Position numbers and translations under genes: made by a program | Shown: piece after piece, positions 14,255 through 26,660 of the stretch | Position numbering within the stretch: the stretch's first letter is position 1 | Layout: every line of letters starts with the position of its first letter | The notes under the pieces: model-generated | Told to the model about the DNA's origin: nothing | Database searches by the model: none | The model's input: the letters and a program-made list of their open reading frames with translations, nothing else | Origin: Neoechinorhynchus agilis | Taxonomy: Eukaryota > Animalia > Acanthocephala | Direction: 5' to 3' | Assembly: GCA_051530055.1 (NCBI GenBank) | Contig: CM121342.1 | Location: 14,089,480-14,153,479 of the forward strand | DNA: 64,000 nt

Positions 14255-14655
14255 TAATTGATTTCTAGCTTGATCGTTACCGAACAATGTTTGGTTTGCA
14301 ATCAATTTTGAGAACGTGTTAATTTATTCTAAATCATGAAGAGAAAATCCTTCGGGATGATAGAGTAGGAGTTGTGGTGGTCATAATCCCCCGAGTAAAA
14401 CATATTTTATTGAAATATTTCGCGAAAAAGCCTCGTCTCATCAGTACAATCATAACGTATGGGTAATGCGGATTTGATATGACTTCGAAATAAAATTCTG
14501 TGACTTGAATCAATAAATCAGTCATTTAAAAAGGTTTAGTGGTTTTGTGTTGTATGGCTCGGGTACTCATGGTCCTAATTCCCGACTTTTGGGGACCGTA
14601 TGTCCGCTCGTACCCCCTGCGTTATGTGGCGGTTTTCTTTTTAATTTACAAATCC

Positions 14656-14700
14656 TTTTAGATGAATGATCAGGCGAGGTTTCCTCCGCCATATATTTTA
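14656..14700 (+). repeat. Degenerate solo copy of the Penelope pLTR hammerhead-like cassette (family B)
   Basis: TTTTAGATGA-ATGATCA-GGCGAGGTTTCCTCCGCC-ATATATTT matches the copies at 33598-33645, 58565-58610 and 62215-62250, but the core positions are mutated. Confidence 0.55.
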
Positions 14701-14713
14701 ATTCAGTAACTAT

Positions 14714-16634
14714 TTATTCTAAACTTTGCTTCTTAAGTGCGTCCATGATGCTGCACTGTCCTGAGCATTGGATGAGTGCCATCGTATCCAAGTTTTCCAT
14801 TTCGATTTCATCCTTTAATGAATCGTCGCGTGGCGAGTAAAGAACGCAAAAAGCCAATAAGTAAATGTTTAGCAGGGCGTAAAGACCCAAATTCAAGGCA
14901 CCAGCATATTCGAATCTTGTTTGATCACTGTCAGGTACCGACGAGATTGGATCATTTCTGCTAACGATAGTGAACGATAGGACGAGCAGAATAACGCAGC
15001 ATACGCTCACAACGAGCCAAACATAGAACCTAAAGACGAAACCTCGATAGGTTGCGATTCGCATTTGAAACCGAGTTATGTATTGACGCCGAATTTGAAT
15101 TGACCAAGATATTCCCACCTCTTAGAACAATGAAATCTTGCGATTTGATTTTAGTGGCGCATTGAGACCGATTTCTTAGGTTACTACTGTCTCCATAAAT
15201 TTTTTTTATCTAAGTTGCCTGACTATACTTTTGTGGCGCCATTGCTAGAAATGCGTTCACCGTACTCGTCTTTGAAGCTCCATTTCTAATCTTTTGCTTA
15301 AATCGCCTTCAAAAATGGAGAATGCAAAAGCATTTTCTTGTTCCTAATAATTATGGAAAGTAATACGAATTTTTACGATGATTTGGCCTAGTTCATTCGC
15401 TCTTTCGGCTCAAATTCGAGATCCTAGGCCCGGCTTCTCAGATTTTTCATGACCGAAACAACGACAGATATGAGGACAGCACAATAAAATGTGGTCACGA
15501 TTGTAAGCCAATAGAAAGCAATATTGTTCAGTTGCATCTGGGAAGACGGGTTGCGGTACTGCGATAATCTTTCAAGTGCCATTGTGATTAAAACGAATGC
15601 TGATGTTGCCATCAGCGGCCACAAATTTATTCTATGGGTCCAAGTGCTCAGACCATGATAGGATACGAATTTTAGAAGATAACCCAATAGCGCGATAATT
15701 ACGATTCCATGCGAAACATCGAGCCATAGACTGATTGCTTGAGTAATCGAGGCTTTTGAAATTGATGATGTATTCATCAGTAGCCAGTCCAATGGGGCGT
15801 TAGCAAGAGCATTGAGAGCCAACAATGCAGAAGGATCAAAAGACGATGTTCTTGCTTGGCTAATAAGCCACGTGAGAGATAGTAAACTGACTATGAACAT
15901 AGTGGTTTTTGCAATGGCCCAGCATTGGGTGTACTCTGGAGATTGCGAAATCAGGACGATATTACAGCACAGGTCTATTTGGGAAGGAAAACGTGACTGC
16001 ATCAAGTGGACGCTGTGCTTATAAACGAATCTAATTTCCCAATGAAAGATTCATTGTTAATGATCTGCAGATTTATCGACAATCGTTCATTCGTTAGGTG
16101 ATTTAGTTTAAACAGGAATTGTGGTTCACAGAAAGTTGAGCAATCGAGGTTCAGTTTAATGGGATTTTTCTTGATTTGAACTCTATTTGATCGCTGAGAC
16201 AGGGACACAAGAGTGAGAAGCAAATCGACATAGGGATCGATTCGATATGAGACGTTGTCTGACCTTAAGATAGGTTCAATTATGCCGTGAATGAATCGCA
16301 TTGCTGGATGGTAGAACGCGTTGGAGTTGATGGGAAAGCTAAACGTGAACACCAAATGTGGCCATCGAACGTCCAGGTGCTCGTTCAATTCTTCGACACT
16401 TTCATAGTCGCTCAAGCGGTCCGAACAATCCTTTTGCAGTATCGGTGGATGACCGTTAACTTTGTGTTTGCTTACGCATAACGAATTCGATTCGATTTGA
16501 GTGAATGTTGGAGCAGGGCAGCAATAGCCGCCGACAAGCACGAATCCAATTTCGATCAGAATAAGAGATAACACTAAGATTATCAGTTGTCGGCTTGATG
16601 CTCGTTCAATAAGACAGAACTTGTTATAGGTCAT
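14714..16634 (-). CDS. WLS: Wntless / Evi (GPR177) Wnt-secretion transmembrane protein; three segments with two unusual junctions
   Basis: LIERASSRQLIILVLSLILIEIGFVLVGGYCCPAPT matches the WLS N-terminus. SQSPEYTQCWAIAKT, NAPLDWL, YRGFVFRF and LNLGLYALLNIYLLAFCVLYSP match conserved WLS blocks. The segments are about 16634-16027, 15976-15430 and 15091-14714. Confidence 0.9.
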
Positions 16635-17391
16635 TGGTGGGTGAAACCTTTGTAGTTTAAAAGAATAGATATGAATCAAACGAGACTAAGTGACTTACGG
16701 TGGGCGCAATTGCTGGCTGACATTCGCGTTGACTGACACTAGCGACTTAGGTGCGCAATGCGAGGTGCAAATATTGACATTTCATTGGATCGAGAACACC
16801 GAGAGTGAAGTGTTTTGAATAATGTGCCAGTGAAACGAGAGTATTGGACAGGGGACAAATACAACGAGAATTTACAGCAAAGAGAGAGAATTTAGAGCGA
16901 CAGAAAGAACGAACAATAACTAGAAGTTGTTTATTGTTTCTTTAATCTTTTTATTGCCGGTATTCATAATCTAACTTAACAAGGAACGTATTTTGACGTT
17001 TATTTCGCGCTGTTATAGTGGGCAACAATCGGTTCGCTAGACTCGATAAATTATCATTTGGCAATGAAGGACGAGTGAGCCGTCTCATCATCACTTTGCG
17101 TTACTCACTGTGGAATATTCGAACAAGCCCTCAGTGTTTTGGCACTTGTCATTGTTATCGCGCCTTTTCACTTTAACGAAATTTTCTGCATTCCTTTTAA
17201 AAGACAATGATCTACTTGGTGGGCGAAGAAAAATGTTGATTCCATTTGAAACTCGGATGTTACTCAGTGGATGACAGGTCAAAAAATGTGATTCATTTTC
17301 GGGATCGAACTATCACGGCTCACTGTCGGCGGCAACGAATCACTCGTTTTTTGAATCTTTGATTTCAACGTTTTTGTGGTGACGCTGCAGG

Positions 17392-18748
17392 ATGCATCTA
17401 TCCTTATCGGGTGGAGGATTTCTCGGCGCATTTCATTTGGGTGTTCTTGACGTTTTCAAGCACTATGCTCCGGAGGTCATTGAAGGGCCAATTGTTGGTT
17501 CAAGTGTAGGTTCCTTGATTGCCGCTATCACATGCTGCAACATTTGTTTTGGTGAGTTCTTGTATATCCATGACTATTCGTTCATGAAAAAGATCGCACC
17601 GTGATGGAGCTGATGAAATTAGCGTGCACTGTTCGAGCTCTTGGTGCATGGATGTTCAATCCAAAATTTAATTTATCTGATACGATAACAAAGGCAATTG
17701 ACGAGTATGCAGACGCAGCCGAGTTTGGAGAGTTGCCATAAAAAACGTTTTTAGTATACTTCCCCCAAACGCTCATGAGCTTTGCTCTGGTCGTCTATTC
17801 GTGGCCATGACGAAGTGGCGAGAAAAGGAAAGCCACATAGTTTCTCGATTCAATACACGAGAGGAACTCATAGAGGTTTGTTTTGATTCCTATGCTTTCT
17901 GGGTGAGGTCTTGCAGGTACTTGTTTGTAGCTCCTTTCTACCTATGCTTTCCGGAATCATTCCGCCTAAATATAAAGGCGCGGTACGATCGATTGACAAG
18001 TTGGTTGCTTATAATTCTTAAATGTTTAGTACCATTGGGATGGCGGTATGTCTGATTTCTGCCCCATTTTGAACGATTCAACAGTCAGAGTGTGCCCATT
18101 TATATCATCAGCAGAAATCTCCCCAATCGATGAGTCAACGGATTCTGGTAAAGAGAATAGCTGGTTGGATCAGCTCTCGATTGAAGACGTAGTCTTAAAA
18201 TGCGGATTTAAGTTCAAATTTTGTTCTTTCAACGCAATGAAAATCATTCCGGTCTTCTTGCCGAAAAGTGCAAGTTCATTCTGTGAATTATACGAGAGTG
18301 GATATTCTGCTGCTTTGCGCTTCATCCAGAAACGGGAACTGTTTAATTTGGAAGAAGTAGAAGCAATGACCAAAATGAAATCCACAATTAACAGAATCCA
18401 ATCGATTTCTATGTTGCTTGATGATGATATTTACAAAGACAAGCAGTGGACCACCAAAGATTATGCGGCCATCGCTTTCAAAGCACTAGGACTCCCAGTT
18501 TTTATTTTGTGGCAGTTAGGTCCTTTTAGCAAAAGCATGAGGTGAGTTGATCGTGAAATGCGTTTCAAAGAAATGCTAATTCTGTGCACAAATATAATAG
18601 CCTTAATGGAGAAAAAATGGAACGAATTTCTCGGGACCATGAGGACCAATGCAAAAAATGTCGATCGTTAACTAGATATAACAAAAATGCAACCATCTAT
18701 AATAAAGAAACGAACGGAAAAAGCTTGGATAATACAATATATCACTGA
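17392..18748 (+). CDS. Patatin-like phospholipase (PNPLA2/ATGL/brummer-like), 5 short GT-AG introns
   Basis: It contains LSLSGGGFLGAFHLGV, the nucleophile elbow GSSVG, SGRLFVAMT, FNTREELIE, and the spliced YHWDGGMSD (DGG) motif. A last exon at 18601-18748 carries HEDQCKKC. Confidence 0.9.
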
Positions 18749-19129
18749 AAAATGTCTCACTTTTCAAACTGATATTTCACGAGGGGCTCAAAAATGCAAA
18801 AATATGTAATAGTCGAACAACTTAAAACGCTCGTGAGTCAGTTAGTTTACCATAAAATGTAAATTGACGAATCTATTAAAAATTACAAAGATATACAAAA
18901 GATAAAACGTTTTAACTTTAAATTCGTGAAAAAGACACTCCCTAATTTTAAAATTTTTTTTGGCCCAGATAGACAACCCTTGATTAACTAATAAAAGATC
19001 GCAGTAAAAATCTCGAACAAGATTCCGCATCCTCGACTATGCATTAGTTTGCGTGTTTCATATCTGTACTCCGGTGTGGTCGTGCATATGTACGGTTGCG
19101 TGAGTGCTGTAAGCGCGTTGTGAAAGTGG

Positions 19130-20349
19130 AATAATGCTTTCACATTAACTCAATTTATCCTACCTTCATCATCTTTTGAGGCTTCCTCGAAATCTCAGCA
19201 AGCAGCGTTACAGTGGACTCACTCTAAACGACGTTTCGAGACATACTTAAGCGCCTTCCAAAAGATCAAAGGCAATGATAAGCTTGCTCTTCTGATCAAT
19301 TTAGTTTCAAGCTCGATCTATCGCAACATCAGCGACGTGGAATCGTTCGATGGATAAACCGAACGCCTGGAGGAGCTGTGTGTGAAGCCCAAAAATGAAA
19401 TATTCTCCAGGTATAAGCTGAGCACATATCGACGGGTTCCAGCTCAATCAAAGATCAGTATATTAAAACGTTGCAATTAATCAGCAAAGAATGATAATTT
19501 GTCTTAGCAGTTGAACATAAGGATAAACGTGTAAGGGTGCGTTCGTACCAGAATAGCATTCATAAAATATTCGACAGCCGCACGATCTCTCGAAATGGCA
19601 CAAATTCAAGCTGAAAGCTATTCACAGGAAGATGCAAGCCATGGCCCCGTAGTTTAAAGAATAAATATGGATCGCCCACTCAAAGAAGGGGCACTTTTTC
19701 ACGTGCATGTCGAGCCCGTCAAAATAACATTGCCCGCAAAGCCAACTCAGGGATAAATGGCAATGGAGGAATGAACTATCTAGCAACAATCATTGCGGTT
19801 TCAACAAAGACGATAGGAAGTTAAAGCTGAATGGTAGGAGATGCACGGGCCTTTCGGATACCGGAAGTTCGGAAAACTTCATTAACAGCGAGTTGGCAAG
19901 TTCACTACAGTTAAGGTTGAATCCATGTAGAGAATACGTATTGATGACAACGACATCAAAACGTTCAGAGGTAAAATGTTCATGCGTCACAAACGTCGAA
20001 ATCAATAACTGTAAATATAAACAAGTACGTTTCCTTTGTCTGGAGAATCTATGCCACGATATAATCTTGGGACATCCTTTTCTACTAAAACATGAATCGG
20101 CAACAATCAACTTTGATATAACACACTCAGCTTTGGCCGCAAGTATGGTAAAATCGTTCAAAGTCGAATGCCCGGGATTATTCACGCATCTAACTTAGGA
20201 TGCCATACCGATAGCGACCAAATCACGACGATATAATGCAAATCGAGAGATTGTTAAAAGAAAACATAATCGAACCCAGTCAGTCTCCCTGGAGGGCTCA
20301 GGTAGTCGTTACAACAAATAATGAAAAGCCACGACCAGTTGTCGATTAT
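19130..20349 (+). mobile_element. Degenerate Ty3/Gypsy LTR retrotransposon fragment (gag, protease, start of RT)
   Basis: The aspartic protease motif is CTGLSDTGSSENFIN, followed by CHDIILGHPFL, PIATKSRRYN, IIEPSQSPWRAQVVV and RPVVDY. Many stops and frameshifts are present. Confidence 0.82.
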
Positions 20350-20392
20350 GACCACCGACGACACCGATGCCAGCACCACCGAAGGTGAGCTG

Positions 20393-21715
20393 TATCATTT
20401 TATCGATTTCAAATCTTATGAATGATACATCGGCATTATTATGTTTACGGGATTTTATTGCGACGAGCTTGATGTTTTCCGAGAGATTTTGGAAAAGTAG
20501 TGTAGAGTACTCCAAATTCGCATCATGAATTGTTGCGAGGCTCATATCCAATCGTTCCATGGATCCGCTCGTTGTTAAGTGGATTTCAGAATGTAACCGA
20601 ATAAAAGGAATCCTAAGGATGACTTCCATAGAAAGGTCGCAGTTCAATTTCGATTTGAACGCGATGATCTATGCCAGAATCTCTGCAGCTAGTTGCCAAG
20701 AAGATGGATGATACGCAGTTCGCGCCTGATTTCTTGCCAGTACGGTATACCTTGGCAAAGTGTCCCAACTTTGAGCAAGTACGGCATATCGCATTTTTAG
20801 CCGGACATCGGGATCTGGGATGTCGTCGTCCTCCGCAAAAATAGCATCGGTCGTATTCATGGGGTCTCATGGTTCTCGGATTCCATGAGGTAGCGTTGCA
20901 GTCCACTATTTCCGCAGTTGAAGAAGTAGAGATCTTATTTTCCGATGATATCGCGCCAACCGGAGCGACTTCCAAGATGGGGTTGAAGTGTATCAAGCTG
21001 TCAACAGCGCACTGCATTGTTTTGGAAATCTCGATCGCCTTGTCGAAGTCCAGCCGTTCGTTCTCGAGTAGACGCTGCCGAATCGTATTCGATCGAATTC
21101 CAGAAATAAATGCGTCTCGTAAGAAATCATTTCTTGCTTGATCCGCGGAAACAGCCTTGAATTGACAATTCTTTGCTTGGGATCTTAGGGATAATACGAA
21201 TTGATCTATGCTCTCTTCTTCAGCCTGTTTCTGTATAGAGAGAGCGAATGCCGAGCTAAGACCTCATTGTTTTGTCTGGAATAAAGTCGATCCAGTGCTC
21301 TTAAAGCATCATCCCAGCTTGTTTCCTCCTCCATATATTCGTATACGCCCGCTCCGATGTTGAATAGCAGAATATCGATGAAGGGATGACTGTCGGTGAA
21401 TCGCATCAAATGTTAAAATTTCTTTTCCACAATTTATATATTTTCGATGCTCCATCATCATGTGGCATAACATTGAATCGTTCCAAGCGCCATGTTTTAT
21501 TGGAAGTAGTCCGATTACTCCGTGATGGTGACGTTTCTTGCATCAATGTTAATTGAATGTCCTTGTGATCACCTTCTGATGTTTCCATCAAGAGAACCTG
21601 TTTCTATTCAATAAATTGTGATGACCCTTAAGAGGTTTTATTTAATAGAATACACACTGACAAAAACTAAACACATGCACACACACACGTTGTAACGTTG
21701 TAATGAATATAATAG
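20393..21715 (-). mobile_element. Second degenerate Gypsy element, inverted relative to the first (possible short LTR, gag with double CCHC knuckle, protease, RT start)
   Basis: It encodes CYFCGGRRHPRSRCPAKNAICRTCSKLGHFAKV, the gag N-terminal RLERFNVMPH..KLWKRNF, and LVAIKSRKHNNAD..IRFEIDKMI. An LTR-like stretch ending ...TCATCACA lies near 21620-21715. Confidence 0.82.
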
Positions 21716-21730
21716 TAACGTCACTAAATA

Positions 21731-24018
21731 ATGGTGATGTCACTTGGTCGATATTCTATAACAGAAGCTACGACCGAGGAACAACGAACTTATGGCACGT
21801 CTTTAGCCGTTAAGCGTTTTCGGATGCCTGCTGAAATGACCACACGAGTGCAGCCGCAGCTCCGCCAAAAAGTGGAGGAAACTGACGAAGGAAGCGGGGA
21901 AACGAAAACGATGCTATGCGGGAGAAAATTCAGAATCAAATATACCGACAATTAAGACCACCAGCAAGCAAGAGATCACGAGGACTGCTAGAACAATCTA
22001 AAGGAACGCAGCATAGTGTTAGTCGGAGAACGTTAACACCGTTGCCGCAACCTAACGCTCAGTCAACAAGTGCTTATGATTTCCCGAATACAATCTGCTG
22101 GTAAAGGTAGAAATTATGATTCAGCGCAAAATCCCCAGTTTCCATCCCAGCAAATACCCGGAGAAAATTATGGACAAGTGCAGCGAATGGCAATGAATGC
22201 TGCAATGCGATCTGATGGCCAAAGTGGATATAATATTTCGGCGCCGAAACCACAAGGCCCACCCGAACAAACGCCCCAAAAAGACTATGCACAAGCGCAG
22301 CAAATGGCAATGACTGCTGCAATGCAATCTGCTGGTTAAGGCGGAAATTATACTCCGGCACCAAATCCACAAGGCCCACCCCAACAAACGTCCTAAGGAT
22401 ATTACGGGTAAATGCAGCGAGTACAAATGAATGCTGGAGTGCCGACCGCTGGTCAAGGCGGATATAATATTCCGGCACCGAATCCACAGGGCCAATCCCA
22501 ACAAATGCCCCAACGATATTATGAGCACGTTAGGCGAATGCCCATGAATGCTGGAGTGCCGACCGCTGATCAAAGCGGATATTATATTCCGGCGCCGAAT
22601 CTACAGGGCCCAGCCCAACAAACACCCCAAGGATGTTATGGGCAAGTACTGCGAATGCCAATGAATGCTGGAGTGGCGCCGCTGGTCATGGCGGATATTA
22701 TATTACGGTGCCGAATCCACAGGGCCCACCCCAACAGATAAATATCCAAAGTTCCGGACAAGTGCAGCAAATGCCAATGAATCCTGAAGTGCCGACCGCT
22801 GGTCAAAGCGGATATTATATTCCGGCACCTGATCCACAGGGTCAATGCCAACAAACGCCCCAAGGATATTATGAACAAGTGCCGCGAATGCCCATGAATG
22901 CTGGAATGGCAACCGCTGGTCAAGGCGGATATTTTACTTGAGCGTTGAATCCTCATGGTCCATCCCATCAGATGGATATCCAATGTTCCGGACAAGCGCA
23001 GCAAATGCCAACGATTGCTAGAATGCCGACCGCAAGTCAAGGTGGATATCCCATGATCGGACAGCGTCGTCAAATTCTCCATCAACAGGTAACACCTCAA
23101 AAGTCGACAAATGATCAATGGTTGCAAGTAGGAAATGCAATGCAGGCTGCTGTCCAAGGCGGATATTATGTGTCGAATACGAATCCACAAGTTCAAAATC
23201 AACAGATAAATTTTGAACAGTATAGACAAGTGCAGTTAATGCCATTTAACCTCCGGGCGCCCATAATGTCAAGAAATCTTCCATTGCAATTTTGGGCTCT
23301 ACAGCAGGCCCTAACCCAGCAATTGACACAAACAAATCAGATGCCGATGAATCTCACGGTACCGACTCCTGATCAAGTTCCGATCTTGATGAACGATGCT
23401 CGACCGCAAGTTTCGGCCCAGCAGGATCCTCAAGTACAAGAGCAACCTTCACAAAATCAGCGGGCAGAACAAGAATCTATCTCAAATATATCGCAGCACC
23501 AAAGTGAGCAATCCTTAGCTTCCAAAGAAAGTCGTCAGAATCCTGTTTCCCTTCGGCAACGGATGGACAGGAAGTGATGCCTTCCTCAAGCTGAAGAATT
23601 TATGGAAGATCGCGGAATCGAGACTCAATCCACATCAAAGCGACTGCGGATTCCGGTGGACAAAGCAACGGTCAAAAAAGGCGACATGCCCGTAAAGCCA
23701 ATAAATGAAGCTGATACCGACGACTTGAGTGACGAACAATTCGCCGATTTATTTAGACTGTTTGGGAAACTTATGGACATAGCAAAAAGGGGGAAGTTGG
23801 AACTTGAGAAGAAAAAACGAGAAGAAAAATCGAAAATCCTTTTGACGACGGTTCGGAGCCCTTTTGAGTATCCATGTTCACCAGAGATCCAAGAGCAACC
23901 TTTTGACCCAAAGATTTACAGATCACCAAGTGCGTTCGGACTTACCAAAGACGAAGCAAACGAGGAACGGATGAACATGTCAACCGGAAGTCGACTTCAT
24001 TTTGATTTCGTCGACTAA
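21731..24018 (+). pseudogene. Decayed gene for a Gln/Pro/Gly/Tyr/Met-rich repeat protein
   Basis: Seven overlapping ORF pieces join into one reading through in-frame stops at 22337, 22394, 22409, 22939 and 23575 and frameshifts near 21915, 22085 and 22677. An AATAAA follows near 24248. Confidence 0.65.
22100..23250 (+). repeat. Coding-type minisatellite, 117-bp (39-codon) unit, 8 clear copies plus about 2 diverged
   Basis: The homologous ATGAATGC position occurs at 22193, 22310, 22427, 22544, 22661, 22777, 22894 and 23011. The consensus peptide is about MPMNAGVPTAGQGGYYIPAPNPQGPPQQTPQGYYGQVQR. Confidence 0.92.
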
Positions 24019-25559
24019 CTGCCATGATATCGAGGCTAGGATATAAACTCAAACTGGATCAATTTTGTAGCAGGAGCGTTTATTCGACAAATCAATTCGT
24101 TCACCGTCCATTACTTTTCAAATTGACTGGCGAACTTTGTTCCATTCCTTTTTGCAACCGTTCATTGTAAAAATGTAAAAGATTTGTAAATAAAATGTAA
24201 ATATGTTATATGAAATTTTATTGGGCACAAAATTGATTCAGTAAAAAAATAAATGTTCTCAGAATCTAAACGAACAAAAAATTAGCAATGGAGGCAAATA
24301 TTAATTTAATAAGCAAAGCGAATAGGATTGCGCGGCGTGCCGAAAGGCGAACTTCGTCCTTTTGCATTATTAATTTTGCACCCTTCTTAGTTCTCTTTAA
24401 TACATCGTCCAAGAGTCCGAAATGCTCAAATTAGTTTAAAATCAGTAAGAAAAAAGCACAGCAGTCCAGCAGATTGAATAATTGCTAAAAGTATTTAACA
24501 ACAATCAAAAATCTGATACGCCCCTCCACAATATCCTTTTCTTAACCGATTCAAATGGAGCCTTTTTGGAAGTAATTTTCCCCGAATTTTCGAATGTTCG
24601 TATAAATCTTGTAGAAGAAAGGAACATATTTTAGTTTGTATGAACGTTTGATTGTGAACGTGAATGTGGATTCAGTGCGTTGAAAAGAATTAATTGTACT
24701 TTGGGCTAAAGTGTGAAAAGCTCCATTTGAATTTATTCATCGATCCAAAACGACTCCGAGGAATTGCATCGTGGAGAAAACGTTACAAATAGCTCGTTAG
24801 ATTGCAATTAGCAGAAATTAAATTGAACTTCTTTTGAATAGGCAAAGACCTAATAAGATTTTAGATTGCGAATAAATTTGCGAATTATGCTGCGTGTAAT
24901 CAATTCGTACATTTACTTTAACAACTTCATGTATCTTTAAAAAATTATACGCCATAAAACTTCATAAACAAAATCAAAAACTTTTGGAGACAATAATTTC
25001 ATTACGAGATTGACCCCAGCGAACCTGTTTTTTCTTGCAAAAAGATCGGTGTTTAACAAAACTCGCCGATTTTTCCTAATTTTTTCCGCATCGTGTTAAG
25101 AGTGGGTGCTCCTTGGATTCGATGAAGCATGAGTATCTTGATAATTACCGGTTCAATTGTCCGCTTTAATTTTTGACAGATCCCAAGAGTTGTATTTTTA
25201 GTTTTACTTGTGCTCTTTAGCTCATATTTAAAACTGTAATTTAACTATTGTATGCGGCGGAAAAGACGAAACCTGCAAAAAAACGTCGAATTAAGAAGGA
25301 GTCTTCCTTTAAACTGATCCGTTGAATGAGGGAAGCGACCGGCGATCAAAGGTATAAGACTGTCCTTATACAGAGGTTCAGCGAGGGAACGGGACCAGAA
25401 TAATGGGCACGACCTCGACCTTCGACGAGCTGGGTCGTGATCGATGGTGGGAGTAGAATTAAAAAATTGTCTTTTAATATTTTAATATTTTTCAGTGACT
25501 ATTGTTTTTCCTCAGTTGTTAAAAACGAGTACGAGCTTGAACAAGTTATGGTAAAAATA

Positions 25560-26660
25560 ATTGACATGCCGCAAGCACTCAAAATATGAAAATTCTCAAT
25601 AAAATTAGTGGATCGTCGATTGATTTGCCAATCACATGTTTTCTTTTCGATTTTCCACGTTTAAGCAATTTACGTGGTTGAAACAAATTTATGTTGGACC
25701 AATATTCGAAACTTGCAATGGGTACCTCGCTTTGTACTTTACTGCCGTCGAAAGTTTTACTCCACGATCTGAGTGCGACGCGGTGAGCTAGAATAGAGAC
25801 CGAGATTTTACGCACAATTGCGAGAGGCAAGATCCTTCTGTAGTTCCCGTATTAGGACCGATCACCTTTTTTGAAAATTTTGACAATTGCAGTGTCACGG
25901 AAATCTTGAGGTATTCAATCGGTTTCCCTTATCGATAGGAGCAACAAATTGAGATGGGAAAGAAGTGGATATCCTTCATGTCGGATCAGTTCAGTCTGGA
26001 TGCTGTCAAGACCTGGTGATTTGTTAGTCTTTTCGGCGGCATCTTGAATTTCCCTCATGTTGAGTAGTGCATTCACCCATAATTGAATTGGATACCGAGG
26101 AATGAATTCTAGAAATTCCGCGCTGTGTAAGCAGGTTGTTTTATAAGGGATTCGTAATGTTCTGTCCATCTCTTGATAATTTCTTCCTCTTCGGTTATGA
26201 TGATATTGCGGTCACCAGCCTTGCTTGGCACAGGAGTTGTTTCATGGTTCATAGATTGCACGCACTGCCTTGAAAAAATTTCTGGATTCGCTTCAGTCAG
26301 CATATCCTTGAATTTCCCCATCCTTATTGCACCACCTTTCATTTTGGATATCTCCCAAACGCCACTGAGCTACAGATTTCAGCCTTCGATATTCATTTTG
26401 TTTTTTCACTCGACCAAGGATTAGCTTCGAATTCAAGCCGGATCTTTCGCTTTTGGTTTATGAGTTCTGAGATCTCTTCACCGTGTTCATCAAACCAGTC
26501 ACGATGTTTCTTCTCAACGAAACCCAGGATATCCATTATAGCACCCGTGATCGTTGACTTGAGGCTGCTCCATGAGGTTGTTGGATCTTGAATTAAATTT
26601 GGAGTTTGCCGTAGTAGTTCATCAATCTTGGAAGTATCGAAGAACAATGTGACTGCGAGG
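25560..26660 (-). mobile_element. RTE-clade non-LTR retrotransposon fragment (linker plus start of RT)
   Basis: It encodes KKHRDWFDEHGEEISELINQKRK..EANPWSSEK, NKSPGLDSIQTELIR and IFKKGDRS.YGNYRRILPLAIVRKI, with frameshifts. Confidence 0.8.

Noticed and set aside
22337-22411. TAA at three Gln-homologous positions suggested a TAA=Gln genetic code
   Set aside because: Long conserved exons (PP2A, calpain, REV1) contain many Gln codons and none is TAA. TAA terminates RPS17, WLS and REV1 normally. CAA-to-TAA is simply the commonest nonsense change in a Gln-rich pseudogene.
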